NCBI GenBank assembly: GCA_965216875.1
Contig: OZ244207.1
Coordinates: 2,496,001-2,560,000 of the forward strand
Origin: Rubripirellula sp.
GTDB taxonomy: Bacteria; Planctomycetota; Planctomycetia; Pirellulales; Pirellulaceae
DNA length: 64,000 bases
Direction of reading: 5' to 3'
A program made the position numbers and the translations under genes. The notes below the pieces were generated by a model. The model saw only the letters and a list, made by a program, of their open reading frames with translations, did no database searches and was not told the origin of the DNA. Every line of letters begins with the position of its first letter. Position 1 is the first letter of the stretch. Below are positions 48,941 to 59,514 of the stretch, one piece after another.

Positions 48941-49831
48941 TCACTCTAACAATTCCTGACGAAGTCGATCGATTTCGCCCGCACTCAAACCGAGGCCGTC
49001 GAGCAGGAATTGCTCGATCGAACCGTACTTGGTTTTGATTTCATCGAGTGCCGCATCAATGTATTCGCCTTCGAGTACGTAGAACGCGTTGAAATTGGTC
49101 ATGTCCACTTGGTCTGCCGCAATGCCCTGTTTCTCAGCCGCGAGTTTTCGAAACTGGGTGAGCCGCTTTTCGACTTCTTCTTTGCGGTAGACGTTCGAAA
49201 GCAGGTAATCTTCGCGGACCGATTCCCAGGGCACACCCAGCGCAGAGAGCAGAATGGCGGCGCCGGTCCCGGTGCGATGGACTCCGTGCGAACAATGAAA
49301 TGCGAGCGGTCGGTTCGTCGGATCGGCGATCATGCGCAACAGCTTCGCGTACTCAGCCCTCGCGGTTTGATCCGTAATCAACAACCGATGGATTTTCGAA
49401 TTGATATCGGGTGGAATGCTGCTGAAGTCGGCGGACTTGCGAGCTTCGACGATCTGTTGTGCCAGGTTGCCAACATCGCTTTCGATGGGACGGTGCACTT
49501 GGCGTACACCGTCCGGCAATCGGTCGGGGCCGTGGTACTCGATTTCGGTGTCGGTGAGGAAGTTTACGACGCTTCGTAGCTCGAGTTTTTCGAGCCGCTT
49601 CACATCCTTGTCGGTCAATTTGGGCAGCTCACCCGTGCGAAACACTTCGCCCCACTTCACGCTGCGCCCATCGACGGTTTTGTAGCCGCCGAGGTCACGA
49701 AAGTTGGGCTGGCCTTGCAGTTCAACATGCCGTAGATCATGAGCCCCCTCCTGCGCCAGGCACGTGTTCGAATTCGAGACCGTCCCCACGAAAATTGCAA
49801 GAACTAAGAGATGAAGCATTCGAATCGTCAT
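48941..49831 (-). CDS. Secreted protein-tyrosine/lipid phosphatase (Y_phosphatase3, IphP/MptpB-like)
   Basis: Signal peptide; NFRDLGGY, FHCSHGVHRTG (CX5R), EDYLLSN, YGSIEQFL. Start trimmed to MTIRML. Confidence 0.9.
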   Translation of the reverse strand: MTIRMLHLLVLAIFVGTVSNSNTCLAQEGAHDLRHVELQGQPNFRDLGGYKTVDGRSVKWGEVFRTGELPKLTDKDVKRLEKLELRSVVNFLTDTEIEYHGPDRLPDGVRQVHRPIESDVGNLAQQIVEARKSADFSSIPPDINSKIHRLLITDQTARAEYAKLLRMIADPTNRPLAFHCSHGVHRTGTGAAILLSALGVPWESVREDYLLSNVYRKEEVEKRLTQFRKLAAEKQGIAADQVDMTNFNAFYVLEGEYIDAALDEIKTKYGSIEQFLLDGLGLSAGEIDRLRQELLE

Positions 49832-49844
49832 GGGGCTCCCCCGT

Positions 49845-50555
49845 TCAAAGGTGCGGTTTGATCTCACTGATGGTGATCGCACCGCCAAAGCAATGGTGTA
49901 CATCGCTGCCGTCGGCACGTGGTCGTGCATGAAAGTCGTAATCGAGACTGACTTCTTTGCTGGCGAACGTTGCTTGACGCTTGTGCGGCGTATGATCGAC
50001 TTCACAGCGAACGACTTGAGGGACACGATCGCTCGGGACAACGGCAGGCAGGTTCGTGTTCCACAAAATCGCTTGGCCGTTGTTGGTCGAGATCGCGTCG
50101 CGGAATTCGTGAAGCGTACCTTCCATCCAAGCGGGCACGTGGTCCCAATCGTGTGGAACGTCGGGACGGCGATAGTGCGACACCGCCATTGCCGGAACGC
50201 CTTCAATCGACGCCTCGCGCGCTGCCGCAAACGTTCCGCTGACCAACAGATCGATGCCTAGGTTCGCACCTGCATTGACTCCCGACAGTACGGCACAAGC
50301 GTCACCGGCGAACGTCGAAAGACCGACGCGCACGCAATCGACCGGCGTCCCTTTGACAGAGTACCAACCTGGCTTGACGGTCTTCCATTTGTAGGGCCCG
50401 GACGAAACACTGTGACCGCATTCGCTTCGACAGCGATCGGGCGCGACGACGATGACCTCCACCCGGTCGCCAAAAACGGTTTGAACCGTCTGCCAGAGCG
50501 CCTCGAGCCCGGGCGCGTCGACACCATCGTCATTGGTAAGCAACAGTCGTTTCAT
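49845..50555 (-). CDS. surE: 5'/3'-nucleotidase SurE
   Basis: LLTNDDGVDAPG, VVAP, GTPVDCV, SGVNAGANLG, SGTFAAAREA; ATG overlaps the upstream TGA. Confidence 0.92.
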   Translation of the reverse strand: MKRLLLTNDDGVDAPGLEALWQTVQTVFGDRVEVIVVAPDRCRSECGHSVSSGPYKWKTVKPGWYSVKGTPVDCVRVGLSTFAGDACAVLSGVNAGANLGIDLLVSGTFAAAREASIEGVPAMAVSHYRRPDVPHDWDHVPAWMEGTLHEFRDAISTNNGQAILWNTNLPAVVPSDRVPQVVRCEVDHTPHKRQATFASKEVSLDYDFHARPRADGSDVHHCFGGAITISEIKPHL

Positions 50556-51640
50556 CAAGGAGCCGTTTGGTCGTGTAATCGAATCAGGGCGTTCGCTAAG
50601 TGTTCGTATTGTTGTTCGTTGCAAAGGAGTGCGCGTTGGTCGAGCACAAACAGCCGCTCACCGTTCCTGGCGCTCCGATCAAGTGACATCGGTTTACGGC
50701 ATCGTCGCTGACTCACACGGCTATGATCGCGAAGCCCGACACCGATCGGCAAGTCAAATTCGCTAGCGGCTGAGACGATCCGATCTCGATGATCACCCGA
50801 CTCAGCAAGCCATGCGAGCTTGTAAAATGTGGGCGTCGTCCCCTCAGCCGGAATGCTGAGCAGTTTCCAGGATGGTAGCTTGGGTTGAACGGTGTGCCGA
50901 ATGAATTCCGCGGTGCGATTCCGCGAGCCATTGATTTCGTCGAAAAGGTCGAGCTGGGGTAGCACCGCCGCTGCCTGAAGCGGCGACATGGCATAGACGT
51001 CGCCGGGGCGATCCATCAATGGACCGAGCCTGGCCGCCATCTTGTCGTCGCCCGCGACAATGACGCCGCCAGCTCCTGCGGTGATCGGCTTGCTGCCGCC
51101 AAAACTGAAAGTTGCGAAATGCCCGAACGTTCCGGCGCGTCGCTGCCCGATTTTCATCCCAGGCGTTTGGCAACCGTCTTCGATGAGGGTCCAGCCTCGA
51201 TCGTCGCACACTTGCCTGAGACGCGCGATCCCGGACGAGACCCCGAAGAGATGCGAGGCGATGACGGCGCGGACATTTTCGGAAGCGGAAAAAGAAAGTG
51301 AATCGGGATCGATCGTCAGACCATCTTCCCCCACATCGACCAAGACAGGCCTCGCCCCAAGTAGCTCCACCGACCTCAGACTAGCCGAATAGTCATACGC
51401 GGAAACGATCACTTCGTCGCCCGCGGACACCTTCGCGGCGCGAAGGGCCAGTTCAATCGCGGCTGACCCACTACTGCACAGGCGAAGCGATTGAGCCCCC
51501 AAAAAACGGCAAAACTCGGCCTCCAATTGCTCACAGACCGGGCTGTGGTAGCGCCCCCAATCGCCAGATTCGACGCATCGGCGAATCGAATCGGCGATTT
51601 CGGGCCATTCGGGGGGCCATTGGGGAGATTGGAAACTCAT
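50555..51640 (-). CDS. DegT/DnrJ/EryC1/StrS-family PLP aminotransferase
   Basis: SSGSAAIELAL, GARPVLVDV, IEDGCQTPG, FSFGGSKPITAGAGG. Confidence 0.9.
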   Translation of the reverse strand: MSFQSPQWPPEWPEIADSIRRCVESGDWGRYHSPVCEQLEAEFCRFLGAQSLRLCSSGSAAIELALRAAKVSAGDEVIVSAYDYSASLRSVELLGARPVLVDVGEDGLTIDPDSLSFSASENVRAVIASHLFGVSSGIARLRQVCDDRGWTLIEDGCQTPGMKIGQRRAGTFGHFATFSFGGSKPITAGAGGVIVAGDDKMAARLGPLMDRPGDVYAMSPLQAAAVLPQLDLFDEINGSRNRTAEFIRHTVQPKLPSWKLLSIPAEGTTPTFYKLAWLAESGDHRDRIVSAASEFDLPIGVGLRDHSRVSQRRCRKPMSLDRSARNGERLFVLDQRALLCNEQQYEHLANALIRLHDQTAP

Positions 51641-51932
51641 CGAGCAACTCTTGGAGGATGACAGCATTCCGAGACCACGATCGGGTGCCTGGGACAACCG
51701 GAGTCGGGGCGCCGGCAGCCTTTGGAACGGCCTCTCGCTGGAAATCGTTGAATCTGCTGGGCTTGTGACGTTTTTTTCGCTTCCATATCATGCCGCATTC
51801 AAGCCATTGGCCCTAGATGGGCCCAAGGACCGTTTCCCCCTCCCTTATCGGACTCCCGCAGGCTCCGAAAGGTCGGGAATTGGTCCGGCAAATTGATCGA
51901 CCCAAACGGCATCATCGCCAGGTAAATTCCCG

Positions 51933-52403
51933 TTGTTCACCGCTGATCTCATTAGTTTCGCAGCCGATCTGCACACCGATTTGCTGGCAAGTTTTCCCTT
52001 GGGTGACTTCGTCTCGGTGCTCCTTGCGGAAGAGGAAGCGGCGGTCCCGGCCGAAGACCTCAACCTTTTTCAGAAGATTCTCAGCAGTCCATTTATTCTT
52101 CCTGCTGGGCTCTTCATGCTCTTCTACTTCATGTTCATTCTGCCCGAGCGGCGGCGGAAGGCGGAAGAGTCGAAACTGATGTCGGCGATGAAAAAGAACG
52201 ACCGCGTCGTTACCGTTGGCGGAATTCACGGCACGATCGTTGCCGCACCTGCCGAAAGCAATGTGATCACGATCAAGATCGACGAAAACAGCAACACGCG
52301 CATCAAAGTTAATCGCAGTGCGATTGCGACGGTGCTTGGCGACAAGAAAGAAAACAAAGACTCAAGCGGCAAGGAAACGGCATCAGACGCGAAGGACAGC
52401 TAG
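51933..52403 (+). CDS. yajC: Preprotein translocase subunit YajC
   Basis: FYFMFILPE, KKNDRVVTVGGIHGTI, RSAI; directly upstream of secDF. Confidence 0.92.
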   Translation: MFTADLISFAADLHTDLLASFPLGDFVSVLLAEEEAAVPAEDLNLFQKILSSPFILPAGLFMLFYFMFILPERRRKAEESKLMSAMKKNDRVVTVGGIHGTIVAAPAESNVITIKIDENSNTRIKVNRSAIATVLGDKKENKDSSGKETASDAKDS

Positions 52404-52535
52404 CGACTTTCTGATGCAAATGTTTCCGCGACACGATTCACGACCACTTCGTTACCCGAACATCCACTCCGATAGCGTTGACTAGCCATGACGGCGACGC
52501 ACGCTAACGAAAACCTCTGATTCAGAAATACGACG

Positions 52536-55500
52536 ATGGACTGCTCCTTATTCACTGACCTACTAGCAAACTCGATGTTACTGGCCCAAGGGGCCGCCGA
52601 GGGTGCTGGCCAAGCAATCGAGCAACAAGAGCAAGGGATTTCTTGGGCACAGATCCAAACGATCCTGATCGCGCTGGCCGTGATGGTCTTGCCGTTTGTG
52701 GTCGGGAACTTCCTGGCAAAGTCGCTCAAGATGCCAACGCATGGGCTTCGCTTCGGCTTCGTCCTGTTGGCGTTGGTCTCAAGCGTCGTTGTTCTCGTCA
52801 GCGGTCAGATTGGCCTCGGCGTTGACCTCCGCGGTGGAACGATCCTCGTTTACGAAATCGAACCGGGCAAACTCAAAGACGACGTCGACCCCGTCAAGCC
52901 GATTCATTTGGTCAAGCCTCTGACTCAACGAATCAATCCCAGCGGTACTCAAGAGATCGTGATTCGCCCCTATGGCGATTCGCAAATCGAAATCATCGTG
53001 CCTGCAGTTGATGATCGCGAAGTCGATCGCATCAAAGGCAAGATTGAAGAAGCGGGTATCCTTCGCTTCGCAATCCTGGCCAACCAACAAGACCACCAAC
53101 GCGAAATCGACCTCGCGCTCGCCCAAGCGGAATCGAAGGTCAAAGGGGTTCGGACTCAAGAAACCGTCGAGGATGTCGACGGAAAAACGATCGCAATTTG
53201 GGCACAGGTCCCTCGTGAATCGGGTAGCAAGCCTGGTGACCTGAAACCGCTCCGAGTTGATGTTTCGGGAGCGATCATTCGCAATCCAGAAACGGGCGCC
53301 TTCATCAGCCTGCCACCGATGCTGCGTGGCGAGAACTCAGAGCAGAAGGTTTCGAACTGGATTGAACAAGAAGGCCTTCGTGGCATCGAAACCTTGATGA
53401 TCATCGACCCCGATCTCGACATCAAAGGGGAAGACCTCGCCTTCGCTTCGAGCACCTGGGACCAAAATGGTAACCCCGCGGTCGCCTTCAACCTGACCGA
53501 TGCCGGCTCAGGTCGCTTCTTTGCTTTGACCACCAACAACTCACCAACCGGTACTTTCCAACGTCAACTTGGGATTGTTCTGGACGACAACCTGCTGTCG
53601 GCACCAAACATCCTGCAACCGATTCGCAAAGAAGGCCGCATCACGGGACGTTTCACTCGCACCGAAGTCGAAGACCTCGTGGCGATCTTGAAAGCCGGCC
53701 AACTGCCCGCTGCTTTGACCAAACAACCAATCGCCGAAAACGCGATCGACGCAACACTGGGTGCCGACACGATCGACAAGGGCAAGAAAGCGATCGGTGC
53801 TTCGCTGATCCTCGTCTTGGTCTTCATCCTGCTTTACTATCGGTTCTCGGGCGTCGTCGCTTGTTTGGCTTTGATGCTGAACCTGGCAATGATCTTGGCA
53901 ACGATGGTGCTGATCAACCAACCGCTGACGCTGCCTGGTTTGGCAGGCCTCGTGTTGACCGTTGGTATGTCGGTCGACGCGAACGTTCTGATTTTTGAAC
54001 GGATTCGCGAGGAACTGAAAAAGGGCGCGGCCGCGCGAATGGCGATTCGAAACGGATTCGCCAAAGCAACCGTCACCATTGTCGACGCCAACTTGACAAC
54101 CTTGATCACCGCGATCGTGCTCTACGCGATTGGTACCGACCAGATTCGCGGTTTCGCCGTCACGTTGATCCTGGGCATCTTGTTCTCGATGTTCACCGCG
54201 ATCTACATGTCTCGCGGCTTGTTCGACATTGCGGAACGCCACGGCTTCTTGTCGCTCAGCATGGCCGATGGCGTGAATTCGATTCGCCACGCTCTTTCCG
54301 GCGAAGGAAACTTGGACTTCATCGGCAAGGGTCGCATGACTCTCGCCTTCTCGGCCGTGCTTGTTTGCGTCGGTATCGCCGCGTTGTTCTTACGTGGCAA
54401 AAGCATCTTTGACATCGACTTCGCTGGCGGTGCTTCCGTGCAGTTCCGTCTGGAAAGCGATTTGACCACCGACGAAGTACGCGACATCGTCAAAACCGCC
54501 ATGAAGGATGACGAAGGCGAAGACATTCAATTCACCGTCAACGGCGTTGAGATGGCTGACGTTCCTCCAGGAACCGTCTACAAGGTCGACTCAGGAATCG
54601 ACGACGTGAATCGCCTCAAAAACGCCATCGCCAAAGCGTTCTCGGAATCGGGAACGGGGCTGGTGACTTACAACGTCATGGTCTCGCCGGTCGGCGGCGC
54701 ATCGCTTGCACCGGCCAACAACGGTGTGATGCTGACCGCCGCTCGAGCCCAGGAAGAGGGCGACGATGCGGCCCCTACTGAAGAGACCGAAACTGAAGCC
54801 GAAGAAGCTCCAACCGCTCCGACCGATGTTGTGACGACGCGGAAAGTCACCTTTGGCATTGAAGGGGATGAAGGGGGCGCAGCGATCAACGCAGCAACCC
54901 TGAAAGAAACACTCGTCAAGGCTGCCAAGAAGGTCGACGTTCCTTTGTCCGAGCGTTTGATCGGCCTGACCCCAAGTGGCGAGGGCGCAGACGAATGGAA
55001 AGTGGAATCGTCGCTGCCGTTCTCCGTTTGGACGATCGAGCTGCCCGTTGACGAATCTGCGGCCAACATGGTCATGGCCGAAGTGAAAAGCAAAATGGAC
55101 AGCGATCCGGTTTGGATCAGCAGCAGCATGGTTGGTTCGCGAGTTGCCGATGACATGATTCGCCGTGCATTCGGCGCTCTGTTTGCCAGCTTGCTCTGCA
55201 TCATCGGATACATCTGGTTCCGTTTCCAACGAGTCATCTACGGCCTCGCTGCGGTTGCCGCGTTGCTTCACGACGTGCTCGTCACCCTGGGTGCGATTGC
55301 AATCAGTGCTTGGCTTGCCGGTGCCCTCGGATTCCTGTTGATCGACCCTTTCAAGATTTCGCTCACCGTGGTCGCCGCATTGCTGACCATCATCGGTTAT
55401 TCGCTTAACGATACGATCGTTGTGTTCGACCGAATTCGCGAAACCAAAGGCAAGGCACCACGCCTGACGGGCGAGATGATCAACGTCAGCATCAACCAAA

Positions 55501-55700
55501 CGCTGAGCCGTACATTGCTGACATCGGTCACCACGTTGATCGTGGTCTTGCTGCTGTACTTTTTCGGCGGCGAAGGCATCCACGCCTTTGCGTTTGCGTT
55601 GGTGGTAGGCGTGCTGGTCGGTACTTACAGCTCGATCTTTGTCGCCAGCCCGATCTTGTTGATGCTGCTTGAGAAACGCGACAACCCCGAGTCGGCCTAG
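52536..55700 (+). CDS. secDF: Fused protein translocase subunit SecD/SecF
   Basis: LGVDLRGG, GMSVDANVLIFERIREE, IVDANLTT, IDFAGG, GYSLNDTIVVFDRIRE, GTYSSIF. Confidence 0.96.
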   Translation: MDCSLFTDLLANSMLLAQGAAEGAGQAIEQQEQGISWAQIQTILIALAVMVLPFVVGNFLAKSLKMPTHGLRFGFVLLALVSSVVVLVSGQIGLGVDLRGGTILVYEIEPGKLKDDVDPVKPIHLVKPLTQRINPSGTQEIVIRPYGDSQIEIIVPAVDDREVDRIKGKIEEAGILRFAILANQQDHQREIDLALAQAESKVKGVRTQETVEDVDGKTIAIWAQVPRESGSKPGDLKPLRVDVSGAIIRNPETGAFISLPPMLRGENSEQKVSNWIEQEGLRGIETLMIIDPDLDIKGEDLAFASSTWDQNGNPAVAFNLTDAGSGRFFALTTNNSPTGTFQRQLGIVLDDNLLSAPNILQPIRKEGRITGRFTRTEVEDLVAILKAGQLPAALTKQPIAENAIDATLGADTIDKGKKAIGASLILVLVFILLYYRFSGVVACLALMLNLAMILATMVLINQPLTLPGLAGLVLTVGMSVDANVLIFERIREELKKGAAARMAIRNGFAKATVTIVDANLTTLITAIVLYAIGTDQIRGFAVTLILGILFSMFTAIYMSRGLFDIAERHGFLSLSMADGVNSIRHALSGEGNLDFIGKGRMTLAFSAVLVCVGIAALFLRGKSIFDIDFAGGASVQFRLESDLTTDEVRDIVKTAMKDDEGEDIQFTVNGVEMADVPPGTVYKVDSGIDDVNRLKNAIAKAFSESGTGLVTYNVMVSPVGGASLAPANNGVMLTAARAQEEGDDAAPTEETETEAEEAPTAPTDVVTTRKVTFGIEGDEGGAAINAATLKETLVKAAKKVDVPLSERLIGLTPSGEGADEWKVESSLPFSVWTIELPVDESAANMVMAEVKSKMDSDPVWISSSMVGSRVADDMIRRAFGALFASLLCIIGYIWFRFQRVIYGLAAVAALLHDVLVTLGAIAISAWLAGALGFLLIDPFKISLTVVAALLTIIGYSLNDTIVVFDRIRETKGKAPRLTGEMINVSINQTLSRTLLTSVTTLIVVLLLYFFGGEGIHAFAFALVVGVLVGTYSSIFVASPILLMLLEKRDNPESA

Positions 55701-55725
55701 TCCGCTCGGGCCTGTGTTTTTGAAA

Positions 55726-55939
55726 CCTCGTTACCACGCTCTGCGTGGTAACGCACGCTCGGACGCTCCGCGTCCTGTGCAGGTGAGCCGTACGCGCTAG
55801 CGTCGGGCCCTGCGAGATCGGCAAAATGAATGTAGGCCCCGACGCTAGCGAGTTCGGCTCACAGAAGTCTCACATCACCACGCTCTGGCGAGCGTAGCTA
55901 CGTTGGTTGTAAGGCCCGACGCTAGCGCGTTCGGCTCAC
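55726..55939. repeat. BIME-like mosaic of families D, B (three copies) and J
   Basis: D 55726-55776; B at 55783(+), 55835-55862(-) and 55911-55939(-); J 55878-55901. Confidence 0.85.
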
Positions 55940-55974
55940 GGGGAAATCGAGCCCCGACGCATGTTGGTGAGTTC

Positions 55975-57651
55975 TTACGCTAGACCTGGCAACACTGCGT
56001 TGATCGCTGCGTAGCTCGCTGGCAAGCAGAGCCCCTTGTCGCTCGCACCATAAAACTCGGCGTCTTCTTTGCTGCAAACCAAGCTCACCTGAGCGTCACC
56101 AGGATTGCCGAGTGCCTTCTTGGCATCGTCATTCTTGACTCCGAGGCAGTTCATCAGCAGCTTGTCTTCCGTCCCGCTCGGGTCGATGCACTTCCTTAGG
56201 TCGATGTTCATCGAGGCGATGATCGCGTGCAACGCATCGAACTCACACGTTGCCGCCTCAAAGTACTTCAAAGGCGTCGGTGCTTTCGATTCGGCCTTAT
56301 CGTCCTGCAAGCCTTTTCCCTTGGCCATTTTGTTGATGCACTCGGTATTCAGCCGCGTGTCGCCAATCACCGTTGGCAGTGATTCAATGTTCAGTTCGCT
56401 GATGATCGAATCATCGGGGATCTCTACGGCGTCCCAAGCGTTCCACCGACCAATCGCAAGGTCAGCGACAAGTCCCGCGAGCCGAACCAGCAAGACCTTG
56501 GTCCGCAGCGGCTTGTCCAACTTGGCGATTTCACCGTAGCTGAGGTGAACGTGGTGAAGAGGACGGAAGGGCGTGTCGCTAATTCCCCAACCACCCAAGA
56601 GCTCGGTGATCGCGTGTGATTGCGGGTCAGGAAGAAAGTCCGCTTCCAATTCAGCCAGCGATTTCCGTTGCGCTTTGCAAAGCGCGATCATGCTCTTGTA
56701 TTGATCGCGATAGAGTTTGGCCAGCGCGACCCGGCCAATGTTCTGCAACGAAGCGCACAGGACCAAGCCTTCGGCGATGTCAAAGTGATCGCCAGCTTTG
56801 ACAAGCATCTCAACAGCCAAACCGGCGGCGATACTGCGTTGCCAAGTCAATTCAACGTCGAGTGGGCTTTCTTCGTCCGCAACCAACGATGCGCGCGCCG
56901 CACAGGTCAGGGCGAGTTGGCTGACGCGTTGCAAACCGACCTGCATGATTGCTCGATCAAGGTCGCTAAAGTCCACACGTTTCGGATTGAAGAATGGACA
57001 ATTCGCGATCTGCACCACTTCTTTCGATAGCTCAGCATCCTTGGCAATCGATTCGGCCATGTCTTTTGTGTTGAACGATCCCGACTGAATCATGCGGTAA
57101 GCGTCCAAGGCAGGTTCCGAGACCTCGATCTCTTGCACCGCACGACTTAACGAGGCGCTCATCGCTTGTGCATCAATCGACTCAGGCGGTGCGGAGGGAA
57201 CTGGCTCACCCGCGGCGTCGGCACCACCGGCGCCAGGCACACCGGTACCGAGTTCGTCCTTGCTGATCGATTGTGCCAAGCGTTGAAACGTGAGTTCGGT
57301 GACCCGCTTAGCCAGTTCTTGATAGTTGACCGGCTTGAACATGATCTCATCCACGCCCCGTGCCTTGAGATCATTGGCGATCTTCGGCTCGAGCAGCCCC
57401 GTCATCACGATGATCAACGGACGCTTGGGCATTTGCAACAGTTCAACGGCGAGCGCGTGGCCGTGTTTGTTCGGCATCTTGATGTCGGTGATCACGACGC
57501 CGTAGTTCTCTCGACTAGCCAACGTCAGCGCTTCATTGCCATCGACAGCGGAGTCACACTTATAGCCTTCCAATCGAAGCGCTCGGATCGTCAGGTTTCG
57601 CACCAGTGGTTCGTCGTCGACCACCAGGGCGGTCATGTTGGTTTTGGGCAT
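55975..57651 (-). CDS. Response regulator with HDOD output domain
   Basis: REC: VVDDE, ITDIKMP, FKP. HDOD: IAKDAELSKEVVQIANCPFF, AIMQVG, WQRS, LQNIGR. Confidence 0.88.
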   Translation of the reverse strand: MPKTNMTALVVDDEPLVRNLTIRALRLEGYKCDSAVDGNEALTLASRENYGVVITDIKMPNKHGHALAVELLQMPKRPLIIVMTGLLEPKIANDLKARGVDEIMFKPVNYQELAKRVTELTFQRLAQSISKDELGTGVPGAGGADAAGEPVPSAPPESIDAQAMSASLSRAVQEIEVSEPALDAYRMIQSGSFNTKDMAESIAKDAELSKEVVQIANCPFFNPKRVDFSDLDRAIMQVGLQRVSQLALTCAARASLVADEESPLDVELTWQRSIAAGLAVEMLVKAGDHFDIAEGLVLCASLQNIGRVALAKLYRDQYKSMIALCKAQRKSLAELEADFLPDPQSHAITELLGGWGISDTPFRPLHHVHLSYGEIAKLDKPLRTKVLLVRLAGLVADLAIGRWNAWDAVEIPDDSIISELNIESLPTVIGDTRLNTECINKMAKGKGLQDDKAESKAPTPLKYFEAATCEFDALHAIIASMNIDLRKCIDPSGTEDKLLMNCLGVKNDDAKKALGNPGDAQVSLVCSKEDAEFYGASDKGLCLPASYAAINAVLPGLA

Positions 57652-57708
57652 GGTAGTAAATCTTTCTTTTCTCTATCGAGAATGAAACTCAGTCAGCAAG
57701 TCAATGTG

Positions 57709-59514
57709 TCAGTTAATCAGTGCGTCGATGTCGAGAAGAGCCGAGTCGTCAGCGCCAACCGCAGCCGGCGCCGCCGTTGATTTCGCTTGGTCCAAGACTC
57801 GACGCACCATCTTCAGCAGTTCGTCACGGTCGACCGGTTTGCGTACGACGATCGTTCCTTCGAGCTCAGGAGTATTCAGCTTCATCGCTTCAGGGTCGTA
57901 TCCCGTGCAGAACACGACCTCGATGCCAGGTTGTTTCTCGCGCAACCGTTGAAAGACTTCATGCCCGCTGAACTTTGGCATCACCACATCAAGGATCGCC
58001 AGCTGCAGCGAGTCGCCGTGTTCTTCGATTGCGTCAAACGCCTCTTGACCGTCGGTAGCAACGATGACCTCATAGCCCGCTTGACGTAGCGTCCTCAGGG
58101 AAACATCACGAACGGTCTCGTCGTCTTCGGCAAGCAGCACTTTTTCGACTCCTTTTGCCGCGCATCCATCGCTATGGTTTGTGCTGTGCGTTGGCATCTC
58201 TTCCTCATCTGCGACGATCGGTACAAGGATGCTGAAGGTCGAACCCTTGCCAACTTCGCTGTCGCACAGGACCATTCCGCCGTGGTCATGGATGGCCCCA
58301 AAGACCATGGCCAACCCCATTCCTGTTCCTTTGCCGACTTCTTTCGTCGTAAAGAACGGCTCAAAGATTCGCTCCTGCACTTCGTCACTAATACCCGACC
58401 CTGTGTCGGTGACCGAAATCAAGGCGTAGTCACCGTCAGCAAGGTTGGCGATTCGAGCGTCACGGGGCTGTCCGGACTCAAGCGTTTGGCGCGAGGTTTG
58501 GATGGTCAGCGTGCCCGATTCAGACATCGCATCACGAGCGTTGATGCATAGGTTCAGCAATGCCTGCGAAAGCAATTCGGCATCGGCCGAAACACAGCCG
58601 ACATCACCTCCGAGCACGGTATCGACATCGACATTGGCGCCCAACAACGGCCGCGCCATGTTGAGTGTCATGTCAACGATTTTGTTCGCTTTGAGCAGCG
58701 CCTTTTTGGGCGGGTTCCGTCGGCTGAAACTCAAGAGTTGCCCCGTGATCCCGGCTGCCCGGTCGGCCGCTTCGATCACGTGGGTCAAGTCGTCGTAGGC
58801 TTGGTCGGATTCAGCCAGTTGGTCCATGGCGAAACGCGTGTAGCCGCTGATCGCTTGCAGCAGGTTGTTGAATTCGTGAGCCACCCCACCGGCCAAGGAA
58901 CCGATTGCCTCGAGCTTCTGTTTCTGCCGCAAGGCTTCATCCATTTGCTTGAGCTTTTCGGTGCGTTCGTCGACCAGCTTCTCGAGCTCGTCGCGTCGCA
59001 TGGCCGCTTGTCGTTTGAGGTTCCACTTTTCGGTCAACGCGAGTGCAAGCTGGCAGACTTCTGCATTGTCAAAAGGCTTCTTCAAAATCAAAAGACGATC
59101 GGTGCTTCCCAAACGACGACAGATGTCGGCCCACGATTTGTCGCTGTATGCCGAGCAAATCACGACCTGCAGGTTCGGGTCGGCTTCCCAAAGATGCTCG
59201 ATGGTGGTCAAACCGTCCCAACCGGGAGGCATCCGCATATCAACAAACGCAACCGCGTAGGGGTTTCCCGAAGCAACTGCGGCTTTAACTTTCTCGAAGC
59301 CTTCGCGTCCTTGATCGGCGGTATCGAGTTCGATATCAAGCCGTGGCCTCGAGTCGGTAACTTCACCAAAGAACGAAGCTTCCATCTCGTCCAACGCCGA
59401 TCCACCGTCGTCAGGAACGAGGATCTTTCGAAAATCATCGTGAATCGAGGGATTGTCGTCGATCACAATCACACGTCGATTCGAATTTGCAATTCCACTC
59501 ATGACTGCCCTCAC
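57709..59514 (-). CDS. Soluble hybrid histidine kinase REC-HisKA-HATPase-REC
   Basis: IDDNPSIH..FVDMRMPPGWDG; GGVAHEFNN; NARDAM; DTGSG; FFTTK; GTGMGL; LAEDD..LDVVMP. Start is GTG 59514 (GTGA overlap) or ATG 59502. Confidence 0.92.
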   Translation of the reverse strand: MRAVMSGIANSNRRVIVIDDNPSIHDDFRKILVPDDGGSALDEMEASFFGEVTDSRPRLDIELDTADQGREGFEKVKAAVASGNPYAVAFVDMRMPPGWDGLTTIEHLWEADPNLQVVICSAYSDKSWADICRRLGSTDRLLILKKPFDNAEVCQLALALTEKWNLKRQAAMRRDELEKLVDERTEKLKQMDEALRQKQKLEAIGSLAGGVAHEFNNLLQAISGYTRFAMDQLAESDQAYDDLTHVIEAADRAAGITGQLLSFSRRNPPKKALLKANKIVDMTLNMARPLLGANVDVDTVLGGDVGCVSADAELLSQALLNLCINARDAMSESGTLTIQTSRQTLESGQPRDARIANLADGDYALISVTDTGSGISDEVQERIFEPFFTTKEVGKGTGMGLAMVFGAIHDHGGMVLCDSEVGKGSTFSILVPIVADEEEMPTHSTNHSDGCAAKGVEKVLLAEDDETVRDVSLRTLRQAGYEVIVATDGQEAFDAIEEHGDSLQLAILDVVMPKFSGHEVFQRLREKQPGIEVVFCTGYDPEAMKLNTPELEGTIVVRKPVDRDELLKMVRRVLDQAKSTAAPAAVGADDSALLDIDALIN

